Assembly (NCBI GenBank): GCA_965649825.1
Contig: OZ287694.1
Location: 495,197 to 559,196, forward strand
Source of the DNA: Penicillus capitatus
Lineage: Eukaryota > Plantae > Chlorophyta
DNA length: 64,000 bases
Direction of reading: 5' to 3'
Positions 38,001 through 49,600 of this stretch are shown here, one piece after another. The translations under genes were made by a program, and so were the position numbers. Position 1 is the stretch's first letter; every line of letters starts with the position of its first letter. Under the pieces are notes generated by a model, which did no database searches, had not been told where the DNA came from, and worked only from the letters and a program-made list of their open reading frames with translations.

Positions 38001-41000
38001 TGCGCAGCGGGTCGTTCGAAGACAGCCAGACTTCCGAGATGGGGGCCGCCATCCACGTCGAGCTTTCCTCTCTTAAGCTTCGCGGCGCCACGTTCCTGAA
38101 CGGAACCTCCCAGACAGGCGGATTCGTCACGTGTCGGGGAGCCAACGTGAAGATCAGGAATTCGCAGGCGGACATCGGCCTGGCGAGTGAAACTGGAGGA
38201 TTCATGGACGCAAGCGAGAGCAGCAACGTCTCCATCGCCAACCTGTCCCTCAGCGGCATGCGTGCCAGAACAGGCGGCGCATTTCACCTTGCAGCGTCCA
38301 ACCTGCGTGCCAGAGGGCTTAGCGTGAACGGATCCTCGGCGGAGGAATCGGGTGGCGGGATTCACGCAGATCAAGGGTCGTCTATTCTCTGCCTCAAATG
38401 CGCCTTCGAGGGGAACGCAGCTGGCCGTTCCGGAGGCGGCGTCTCGATCGCATCCGCAGAACCGCAGCAGCTGGTCTACCAGTTCGACGGGTGTCACTTC
38501 AGCAACAACAGCGCCACACTCGGAGGTGCGTCGATCCTGCAGCTCTGGGAGGAACGGATTGAGAGTGTTGCGGTGTAGGTGGGATTCACTACCTGAGCAA
38601 TCACACGGCACCGGACTGTGGCAGACCGGAGGCTAACTGCACCCTGGTCACCCTGGGCGGCGTTGTGCTCAAGAACAACAGTGCCGAGTGCGGCGGCGGC
38701 ATCTTCACGAGCGACCCGACAGCGTTCAGATTCCGCTGCCCGGAACATCACGAACGAGACGAGCTGGGGTTTTATAGCGAAAGGGAGCTGGATGGAATGC
38801 GCGTTCTCAGATCCGATAAAGACCTCTGCGCCGACGCATGGTCCGGCAACACGGAGATCAACTTTGGTCCCGACGTCGCCACCTACGCCCGTCGCATCCT
38901 GTGGTTCATAGAGGACGGGAGTGGACCTGAGGCGGAGACGATCCAGATAGAGGAAACCCGCAAACGCATCGACTACAAGAGCGGCGAGCCGCTTCCGAAG
39001 ATCCGCCTCGAGGTGGTCGACGCGTTTGGCCAAGGACCTGCCTTCGGAGCGGGCAATGCCACGGTGGCGGCTGTGATGTGGTCTCCCTCGACGGACCCGT
39101 CCAAGAGCAATGCGCTCTTTCCGGGCAACGTCAGTCTGCTCATGGTGGACGGCACCGCAGAGTTTTCCGAGATCCGCGGCCTCCAGACGCCGAACGACTG
39201 CCTCGTGCGGATCGACTTCAGCGAAGACGCGCTGCCGACTCTGGAGATCGACGTGACCGTCCGGGATTGCATCATAGGCGAGGCGCCGAACAACGATCGG
39301 ACCCTCTGCGTCCCGTGCTCCCAGAGACAGTGCAGGGTGTCGAAGAAAGACGACCAGTGTCAGCCGTGCCCCGAGAATGCAAACTGCTCGTCCATAAACG
39401 TCATCCAACCCGACAGAAAGTACTGGCACCGCCATCCGTGCTCGGTGCACATGCAGGAGTGCCTGAGCCGAACGGCGTGCGACTTCGATCGCGAGGAGGG
39501 ACTAACGACTGTCACGGCAGAGATGCAGGACTGCACATTCAGCCAAATGATGGATGAGGATTACAGCCAGACGCAATGCCGAGAGGTGCCGTGCCTTCTC
39601 CCGTCGTCCTCTGCGCACTCTGACTGCTTTTTTTCAGGGCTACACCGGGCTGTTGTGTGGAGACTGCGAGGCTGGATACGGTCACAGTTCTTCGTTCGAC
39701 TGCGATCGATGCGACACGGGTCTCAGCATCACGACCCTGGCGATCTCCATCTTGCTGGTGCTGGCTCTCAGCAGCTTTGCCATCCGAAGCAGTCTGATCC
39801 CGGTGCAGAATCCTCGACGCGACGCTAGAGCCAGTCGTCGAAGGATGTCGCGACGCTTTATCGGGGTAGCAACCTCGGCTCCAGCCAGCATCCAGCTGGC
39901 GCCACTCGTCTCGCGCGGCAACCCTCCACCGAGATCGAGGCACACGCAGAACGAAGCGAGCCAGGAGGACGAGGGCGAGAGCTCGGCCGTGATGGCCAAG
40001 TGGAGAACGGTCGAGATCTTCAAGGTGAGGCTCTGCGAGTGCGTTCTCACGATCACCTCTGGCATTTGCAGATCACCATCAATTTTCTGCAAGTGATGTC
40101 GGTGGCGATCTACATCAACGCGAACTGGACGTCGTCGTCGACATCCCTCATCTCAGCAACAGGTCACGCCTCTCAGCGCTCTTCCGCAGGGAGTGCTCAC
40201 GATTCGTGTGGATCTCAGACGCGGTCGGCGGCATGATGTCGGGAAGGGCGTCTTTCTCTGCCGAGTGTCTCGCGCCGGCGAACGCAGTCGTCGCACGGCC
40301 GGTCATTCGAGCCATCATCAGCTTCGCCATTCCCGTCGTCGCCGTTCTCCTCTACGGCATCTTCTGGCTGTGCATGGCGTGCAGATCCGCCGAGGGCTGG
40401 CACTACTTCAAGAAGAGATGGCTGCTGAGCGTCGTCGCCGTCGCCTACCTCACCTACGTCTGGATCACGAAGACCGCCGCCAACACCCTCTACTGCATTA
40501 GAGTGCACGATTCCGTCGACGTGGACGTCGACACCATGCATCGCTACTGGTCGCAGGACACATCTTTGCGCTGCTACAGAGGCCCCCACGCCGTTCTCGC
40601 CTTCACACTGGGCTGGCCGGTGATCGTGGCCTTCACGGTCGGATTCCCCGCCTTCCTGTACTACAATCTGCGCAACAGTCGCAGCTCCGATGGCCGACCG
40701 GCGGCCGTCTTCATGGAGATCGCCGCCTTTCTGTACCGAGCCTACTCGGACGACTTCAGATACTGGGAGCTGGTCATCATGTGTCGCAAGGCGCTGCTCA
40801 CCGTCGTCGCTGTGTTCGGCTACCATCTCGGATTCAATCTCCAGGCCGTTCTCGCCGTGTGCGTTCTGACGACGGCGCTCTATCTCCACATCAGTGCCCG
40901 TCCCTTCAGAAAGGAGTTTGACGCACTGAACGCCTACGAAGGGGCATCTCTGTTCGTCTCCAACATCACCTTCGTTTTGGCGCTCCTCTACGACGACAAT

Positions 41001-41276
41001 CGCACTCGAGATGCCACGAAGACCTTCTTGAATGTCTTGCTCTGTGCTCTGGTCGGAGGGCTGTTTCTCACGTTTTTCTGCCTGTTTGTTCAGTCCGGGT
41101 TGATACACCTGCGTCTGGTTCTCGAGGAGGAAGGAATCATTGACGACGCCCAGCGGCAGAAGTCGATTGCGATCGTCAAGACGTTCGTGACGACGACGTT
41201 GGAGCAGTGTTGGTCGCAGATGAAGAAGATGAGCTTCAAGACGAAACCAAGCTCGGAGGAAGAAGAGGCCTTGTGA
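35041..41276 (+). CDS. Large PMP-like (GGA/FxxN beta-helix) + Cys-rich + about 9-TM membrane receptor-like protein, receptor 1
   Basis: Signal peptide MAPSKMLWASLLTICVATLCA. ORF 35975-38578 has many FxxNxA..GGA(V/I/L) repeats. Then PKIRLEVVDAFGQ, CQPCPENANC, GYTGLLCGDC, and the TM exon 40206-41276 with the YWELVIMCRK / ARPF / LNAYE motifs of this algal/protist family. Confidence 0.88.
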
Positions 41277-41797
41277 ACTCGCCTCCGAACGACTGACCCT
41301 TTCCATCATGCCTGTGCAGACTCTCGAACTCTTATATCTATGCTTACGTCAAGTGCGCCTTTAACTAAGATAGATTCAAATAAACGAACGGGTGGTGGAT
41401 GCTTAAGTTTGTACATGAAAACCGTCTGCCCTTGTTATAGTTGACGTTTCGTGCAGCGAAAGTCGCGTCTTTACTGACGTCTGTTTCGCGTCTGCTCGTT
41501 CGCGGTCGAAAGTGAAGACAGTGGTCGAAACGTCCCTGCGTTAGACGACGGCGTCTTTCTCGCTGAATGCATGGGCAGTAGTAAATCCGTCTCGGTGATC
41601 ACGATGAGCGGCCGATTGTCGAATAAACGACGGATTTGAAGTACATGTCTGGAGTGCGGTTAGAGCATAGGAATAAAGTCCGACTGCTTAGTCCGCAAGT
41701 CAGTTGTAGTGTGCTTTGTTGAATCGAGACCTTTCAGTCAGAGAGAACTCGGTGTCTTCAAAGTTCGAAAGAAAGTCTCGGTTGCGATATCCCTCGA

Positions 41798-42967
41798 ATG
41801 GCTGCCTTACACAGACGCGACGTGCCACTCGTACGAAGCTCCACGCCGCGTTCCGTGTCTTGAGTTTTCCGTGCGATTCAGGTTCTGCCGCTGGTGTGTC
41901 TTCTTCTGAGCGGAGCCGACTTTGCGATTGCAGCGAGAACACTGCCGGCGCCGCGCTTCGGTTTCAGGTATCGTCTCTGCGCAAAAATGCGTGTCGCGAA
42001 CGAAGTCGGTTTGTGCAGCGGGATTGATGCCGCGCGTATCGAGGCATCGTTGAGAAGCAGTGGCAGGTCTCTCAAGAACGACTGCGCCGCGAAGGAGTGT
42101 TTGGATCTCGAGGAGGCATCGGAGGCCAATGCTCCGGACGCGGCAGTTGCGATGTTCCACGAAGCGACCGTACCACAAGAGACGGAACGAGTATTAGATG
42201 CAGCAACAACAACAGAAGACCTGGAGGTATCGCCAAGAGACGTCGGTGATGTGGAAGTGGCTCTGCCACAAAAATCAACGATTCTTGCTATCGCTGGTGG
42301 TCCAGTAGGGGAGACAGATGCAGATGCTGCTTCCGCTATGGCGCCCGCTTCTCCCGAAAACTCCGTGTTGTTGAACACTGTCCTCTCGCCAGATGGCAGA
42401 CTCGACGTTCCTGCTGCACAGCCAACACCACTGGATGAAGATCAAAGGGAGACGTTGGACGATTCGAATGAGGATTTCGTTGCCTCCTCGTCCACGGTAG
42501 CCGTGGACAGTTCGACCACTGGCAAGTCCCCGTCAACGATGACATCAACAATTGTCCCAGTCCAAGACTCAAAAGATTTGGATGAAACGGTGAAGCTGGC
42601 TGAAGATCCATCCGTGCAGTCGAAACTCTCTACTCTTCTTGATGGGGATCTCGAAGAACCGACAAGATTTGAAGACGGAATGGAGCCATTTGAGGCGCCA
42701 CTGGAAGAACCATCATCAGCAGAACCATCTGTCCCGTCCGCAGTGGAACCGGATACGGAGCCAGTAGAGGAACCGGAGTCTGCGCCAGCTCTACAGGAGC
42801 GTGTCGTTCAGCGGACTCCTGTAGACAAACTAGGGAGGAATGGACTGAAACCGAAACCACCAAGTCCAAGTGGAATTGTCGTCATCAGCGACGGGAATCA
42901 TGTGCCAATGATTCCCAGAGATCCTCCCAAACCCGCAGGCGCTATCGTCGAAGCATTCCCTCGTTGA
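41798..42967 (+). CDS. Acidic secreted protein family member C
   Basis: MAALHRRD|VLPLVCLLLSGADFAIAA is signal-like. SGRSLKNDCAAKEC matches the GRSL-x-C-x4/5-C motif of members A and D. Acidic, Pro-rich body. Confidence 0.6.
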
Positions 42968-43858
42968 CGGCAAGACATTCCCTCTCTAGTCCTTACAGAA
43001 CATAAGATTCGCGTGCTAAACGTTTCCAACCAGTTTAACGGATAATCTAAGACTCTTGTGGCTGACAGCCACAGAACCAAACGCTCTGTTAGCGACCTAA
43101 AATGTCAAGACACAATGAATCTTCAGATACGTACAACGAACGCATACAGTCGCGCGATCGATCTTACACCTCACCACGCAACAGTCATTCAACACCAGAC
43201 ACCGCATCAGAAGGGCTAAAGATGCTTCGTCATTTGCCCGCGATGCATTGAAGAGAAGATGTCTCACAGTCTGTCGAACTGAATGGAATGCAATTAATAG
43301 CAAAGATGAATCTGCCTTTATAACCACATCTCGAAACAAGTTAGCATGGCAGAAGAGCAAGGGCTTCTTTACGGGGATGTGTGCACCTCGAGAAGTGTCT
43401 CTCGTCGAAGCCGGCACTCTTGATGAGAGCGCATTAGCGGGATGCTCGCCATGAAATGCAGGAAGAACGAGCGAAGACACTGAGTTGAGCTGACCACCAG
43501 AGCTTGCTCAATAAATGACATGCCGTAACGTTGTTCCGTCAAGTTAACCCTCGGTGTTCTGCTTCTCGCGAAATGGGGGTAAAATGGCGTCGTCTGGTCA
43601 AAGAAGAGAAGTGGTACTCGGAAAAGTGATCTTTGTCTTCTCTGCTGTCGACAATGTGTCTTTGTGCAAGCAAGCGTTTGCACATTATACCTCACAAAGC
43701 AAACCTGTCACATCACTGCCGGGGTCTTCTGAAACGGGCGTATCCGTCAGCGCCTTCATTTGAACGAACACGCACTGAATCCGAGAGACACTCGTTCGGT
43801 CTCTGTAGACTGACTGGCAAACAGGATCTGTGTCGAGAATCCTACGATTAGTCCTTCA

Positions 43859-44984
43859 ATGGTTGCTGCGACCAAAACAGTCTTCTTTCTGGTGCTGTCA
43901 CGCAGAATCTCGAAAGGAACCGTTTAACGTCAGGTGCTGCTCAGGCAATTCTGGCTATTCAGTGCGCTGCACCACCACCTTTAAGTACCTCTAACCTTCT
44001 GCCGTGACTTACTTTGCTGAACCGTTCCTGACCTCAGTGCGCAGGGGCGGACCAAAGACAGACACCGTTTATTTCTTACTTGATAGCGGACTTTGCGAAT
44101 GACGTTCCTCTGTAGGTGACGGCATCTGGCAGGTCTCTGATGAAAGCGTGCAGCGGGCAAGACTGCAAACCAGAGGACTTCGTGGAGGAGACCGGTATCC
44201 CAAGCACCGCTCTGCCCTCCCTTGCAGAAGAATCCGATGCACAAACGGCGGCCTGCCCATCTGCAGATTCTATAGAATCCGCGATGGGACACGATAAGGA
44301 CCTGGTTGCTTGTGATGCTGCAGCAACCGTCCAAAGTGCTGCCGATTATTGTCATGAAAGCATGGATCGAGAAGAGATGTCATCCACGGTGGCTGTCGAA
44401 GGTATCTATGACCAACTCTAGATGCAAACGGAAAACAGACTGTAGATACGGACGCTTCGCTGGCAGAGGTGACTTTGTGCTCTGCATCCGCACTGGATAT
44501 CGTCGATGCCGATGTGCTACTGACAGATGATTCGACGGGACTGGAAGATCTGATGGATCTGTACGAAGCGATGGGAATAACTTCAGATCAAGCTCACAGA
44601 TCGCTTTCGTTCTTAGAATCTATGGATGCCCTAATCGAAGCATCTGTCGGAATAGCATCTCTCGAAACATTCGATGACTATGCGCAGGATTCCGATTATG
44701 CGCCAGAGGAGTCTGCGCCATCTTCCGATTATGCTCCGGAGTCTGCGCCATCTTCCGATTATGCTCCGGAGTCTGTGGCAGAACCTGCGTCATTTCCACT
44801 CCCCGATACAGTCACTCCGATTCCTGTCATAGACGCAACAATTCAGAGCTCCCCTAGAAACACTCCCCCGAGCGCCACCAAGGATAATGGAATTGTCGGC
44901 GTGGGTCAGCCGGTGCAGCCACTGAATGACACCAGACCTGATCCACAGGCCTTTATTGCAGCAGTAAAGCAGTATAGCAGCTGA
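43859..44984 (+). CDS. Acidic secreted protein family member D (apparent 1-nt frameshift near 44418)
   Basis: Same exon phases as member A (33-nt exon 1, 40-nt exon 2). VTASGRSLMKACSGQDC and EEMSSTVAVE are shared with A. Reading resumes as DANGKQTVD, matching DAVGQQTVD in A. Confidence 0.65.
44691..44776 (+). repeat. Coding tandem repeat, 3 x 30-33 bp (SDYAPE(E)SAPS)
   Basis: tccgattatgc(g/t)cc(a/g)gag..tctgcgccatct repeated three times. Confidence 0.9.
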
Positions 44985-46620
44985 ATTTTGGAACATTAAA
45001 ACGATCAGAGAATGAAAACACAGTTGCGAAACATTTCTATTGCGACTCGAATGTTATCGATTAAATTCGCTCCAAGCGCATATTTGTTTAGCACTCTTTG
45101 GACAAACAGAGCTGGTTCAGTAAAAATGACAACATCCGAACAGTTCGTAGCAATCGCCGGCAGATGTGCAAGGTATCGACCAGCGAACGAACACACGCAC
45201 CAACCTTACTTCATGCATACGGTCGCGGTTTCGGTCTACTCAGATAGACATAGCCAGCCACTCGTCGAGTAAAGAATTGAAAGAGTATCTAAGACTCGCG
45301 CTATGAGTCTGGTTGGTCTATTGTTTGGTCAACGTAACGCTTTCCGAAGGTCGATCACAGTGGAAGTATATGTCTCCTCTCGTATCATCTAATCAGGCCT
45401 TCGGCTGTTTAGAATACAATTTACGACAGTATGCGCAGACAGCAGATCACAAAGAGGACTGGAACTGCAGCAGAATGGAGTGTGTCGAAAGCTTCGGCTT
45501 TCCGAAACCACCTAGCGTATTTGCCAACAGATATGGCACCGAAATAGTTTCTCAGTCAGGGTATTGAAGCAGCAGAGTGCGAGTTGTACACCAAAGAAGC
45601 TCCTTGACGCCACAGAACGGACGAGTTTAAATAGAATGATTGCGCTGCAGACTCGACGGTGACTCTCATGACTGACTCCTAACAGCAACCGGAAGGGCCT
45701 GCGATTTGAGAAGGGCTGTTGTCTTCGCCTAAGCCATCTAGTCATGAATGCCATCCGATAAATGCGGTAGAGCACACAAGTCGTCTTTCAGTTCCATCAC
45801 TCTGTTCTCCACTCCGTCCATCTCACAAACAATTCCGTGAAAAACATCGTGTGGCTTGCCCATTCTCACTACCCTGAGATGATTGCATCGAGAATGCATG
45901 ATGCGTGGACATCTGTCGGGTTCTTCTCGATGTCACAGCATGAAAAGTGGGGGAGGTGGTGAGGTGTCCCGCACGCAGTTCCGGTCTGTTAAAGAAGAAA
46001 GCCTTCTAGGCAAACATTCACTTCTTCTTTCAACCTACGCTTCCGCTCCACAAGCACAGTGTTCGCGACGTTGATGACGGCAGGGGAAGTTCGATGGTGT
46101 CGTCTTGTCGAATTCGTCGACGACAATTGACTAACGCTTCCAAGACGAAGATCGGGAAACGGCAAGAAAGGGGAGACCTTAAGAATGGAGCTAGCTCGAC
46201 GAGATTCTGTCGACGACGGTTTCGGAGTGTTGTTGTGTTCATGCCGACAATGACGTGGCTTGACTTTTCTGGCAAATGCCAAACGTCTGCATACAAAACC
46301 GTTTCGCATACGAACGTGTAGAACTCCCGCCTTCTGAAGCCGGCTGCACGCAGTGCCCTCGTCGGCAACGCCGTTGAGGCTAATCTCGTTCGATTATCGC
46401 GAGGAGAGGCGAGAGGCGCGGCGTTTTCGTCACGTCACATACTTAAAAGTGTCACAGAGAAAGCGTATGGCTCACCCTATAAGGTGCATAATGCAGGTCA
46501 TTCTCTTCGGCAAGGAAAAGGAGGAAAAGTCCCGTCACAGCTTAGAATATTGAGCCCGGTTTGCGAGCTCAGCTTGCAAAAAGAAAAGACTATCTATCTT
46601 GCTAATGGATGTCGATCAGC

Positions 46621-49600
46621 TTATGCCTCGGCCGCCGATTGCTCGGCGATCTCGGAGTATTCGGATGTCGGACATATCTTGCCAATCTGATGTTTGACTT
46701 CGTAGCTGATCCAGTGTGCGAGAACGCGGAAACTGCCAGCATCAGATGCGACGAGCTCGTCGCGCTCTCTCAGCTTATACTTCAGGTACTCAGCTGCGAA
46801 CTTGAGAATGTAGAAAACAAAAACGAAAAATGCAATGACATTCAGCAAAGCGCATGCGACTGTGAGCAGCTCGCGAGTAAAGTTTTCTGGATAGCTCTCG
46901 TCTTTGAGCATGACAGCTGCCAACGTTGTCGCCACTGACACAAAAAGAGACGCCAGTTCCATTCCATTGAGGTCTTTAAAGTCATCGCGGTATGGCATCA
47001 CCAGAGTGTGAGCCAGGATGGCAAGCATGATGATGTACGCGACGCCGGTGATCGGCAATCCGCTGTCGAACAGGTGAGCGCAGAACACAAGAAAGGCGAT
47101 GGCGGCCTTCCTTGCAACGATGGCGACTTCCCAGTATCGACGATGATCCATTCGGTAAGAGCGGTAGAGGAATCCCGTTGTCTGGTACGCCCATGCGTCC
47201 TTGTGGACGAGGTGCTGCGGTGCATTTTTAAGGACGACGACGAAGAGTGTGAAGAGTCCGCCGTACATTGGACACACAAACGCAACGACCACTCCGTAGA
47301 GGAGCGTACTGTGGTCTCCTTCGTAGCACTTCATGCTTGTGTCGACGGCCCAGTACATGTGCGTCGCGTTGACCTCTGCGATTTCTGCCGAGTCGTGCAC
47401 GTCGACGCAGAGGAAGACGCTCAGTGCGGTCTTCAGTACCGGCACGAGGGTCACATACCAGATGACCATCACCGAAAGCAAGCATCTCTTCGACAGGTAG
47501 CGGTGAAGCCCATCGTTTCCGGATCTCGCCGATCTCGCCGTCCAGAACACGATCCAACAGAGAAGCACAGCGCAGGGAACAACGCACACGCTGACGACGA
47601 GTGCCATTGCCGTCGGCTGCAAGGACAGGTGTTTTGAGGTCAGACACACGACGGAGCGTCGAATGCCATCCGTCGCCAGACCTCCGAACATTTCTGACAG
47701 CAGCACAACAGTCGACAAGCGGAAACTTACGAGATTCTGGTCTCACCTGCCGCTGCCGCCATAACGATTACAGGAATCGCATACCCCACGTCAAGGGAAG
47801 CCAGAAGAACAGTCGTTTGGACGTAGCTCAGAGTGATCTAAAAACGACGTTTTTCAGTAGAAGGTAAACGGATCGAGTTTCCACCTTAAACATTTCGACG
47901 GCCTTCCACTTGGCCAAAGTCTCCTCGGAAGCAGGCACTCCAGCGGTTTGGACCTAAAGCGTACTCATTCGGCGGATGCTCTGATGATGTGATTCTAGAC
48001 TCACTTCCCTCCCGAGTCCCGGCGATCCAATGACTTCTGCCGACGTAGACGGTGCACTCTGCTCATGAGTCTGCGCAGTGTCTCCGCGAAGAACGCTGAC
48101 CGTTCCGTGGATCGTGATGCCCGTCATAGCCAGAAGAATGATCGCCGACGTCAGAATGTAGGCCACGTTGTAGAGCCCCTTCAAACACTTTTTGCATTTC
48201 GAGGACAAACCAGCCCCGAAGTCTTCTTTGCAGGATCCACAGAGTGGGCCCGTGTGACCCTTGTGAAGAAACAGACAGATGATTCAACGATCTAAAGAGT
48301 CAAGAATACATCTTACCTCGGCGCACTGAGCTTGCGTGTAATTCTCAATCCATTCTTCTTTGAAATTACAGCTCGAGACGTCTTCAACCATGGTCTTCAA
48401 CTTTTCGGAGCGGCCTTGAGACTCGCAGGCGGAAGCCGGCAGGCATCTGTGAAGGTGATCTGAGCACGGCATTTGCTGCCAGTAGCCGTCGTCTGGAGTG
48501 ATCACTCGAGACTCGCAGTTGCCATTCTCCGGACAGGGCTTACAATCTTCCGCAGAGAGGAGGAAGTTGTACGTCGTGCTGCTGCAGGTCTCACAGAATC
48601 CAGCATTCGACACAAACTCGCCGACAGAGCAGTTGTGGACTCTCACGGTAATCCCGATGCTCTTGATCGCTTTTTCGCCAAACTCGACAATGAGGTCGTA
48701 GACTCCAGGCGGTACAAAGCCTTTGATGGATCGAAAAGTGCAAGCTCCTCTCTCCATCGGGACAACGATCGACACAAGCAAAAACTGACCGACCGGTGAT
48801 GACATTCTGGCATCGACTGGGCGGTAGTTTGTCGCGGGACTTTGCTTCAGTTCGTCCAACAGCTCGACTGTTGCGGTTGGCAGATCTGTGCCAATATGAT
48901 ATCCTTCTATCACACAGTTCTCTCCACCACTCACACAGACGGCCTTGTTCGTGTCGTCCAACGTCATCTCTGCCGTTGCGGCATACGTCCCAACGTTAGG
49001 ACCATAAACGCCACCGTGATTGCCTTTCCACGATGGGCAAATGTCCTTGTCCGATTTTAGTTGGCTCAAGGCTTTCCACTCTTTCTCCTCGTAGAAACGC
49101 AAACCGACATCTGACGAAGTGCTGACGCAACTCAAACGGATTGCTTCTAGGTAGCCAGCGAAGACGGCCCCTCCGGCGACGCTGGCTTCGTTACCCGACA
49201 ATTGGGTATCCGTCAAGGCCATAACGGGGCAGTGGATGCTCCTTGCCAAACATTTCGTGTGCCTTTCACTCGAGACGAAGAAAAGACCGCCTACAGATAA
49301 GCAGTAACAAGGTTTTTTGCTCTCTCGGAGCGAGCACTCACCTCCCAGATCAGCCGTATTTTCTTCAACGTGGTTTCTTACAAGCTGCAATGGCAGAGTC
49401 TGATCGGAATGGGCATCGAAGAAAACTGCACCGCCGTTGCCATGCTTCGCCGAGTTGTTCCGAAACGTGCAGTCGGTGCACAAGAAGGTCGACGCCGCGG
49501 ATCCCATAACGCCGCCGCCGTTTTCGCCAGCTTCGCAGTGAAGAATAGAGAGGTTACGTGCAACGAGATGAGATTTCTTCAATCGGATGAATCCACCGTT

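Noticed and set aside
35975-38578. Chlamydial/bacterial polymorphic membrane protein (contamination or prokaryotic contig)
   Set aside because: The gene has spliceosomal introns and a eukaryotic Cys-rich/multi-TM C-terminus, not an autotransporter barrel.
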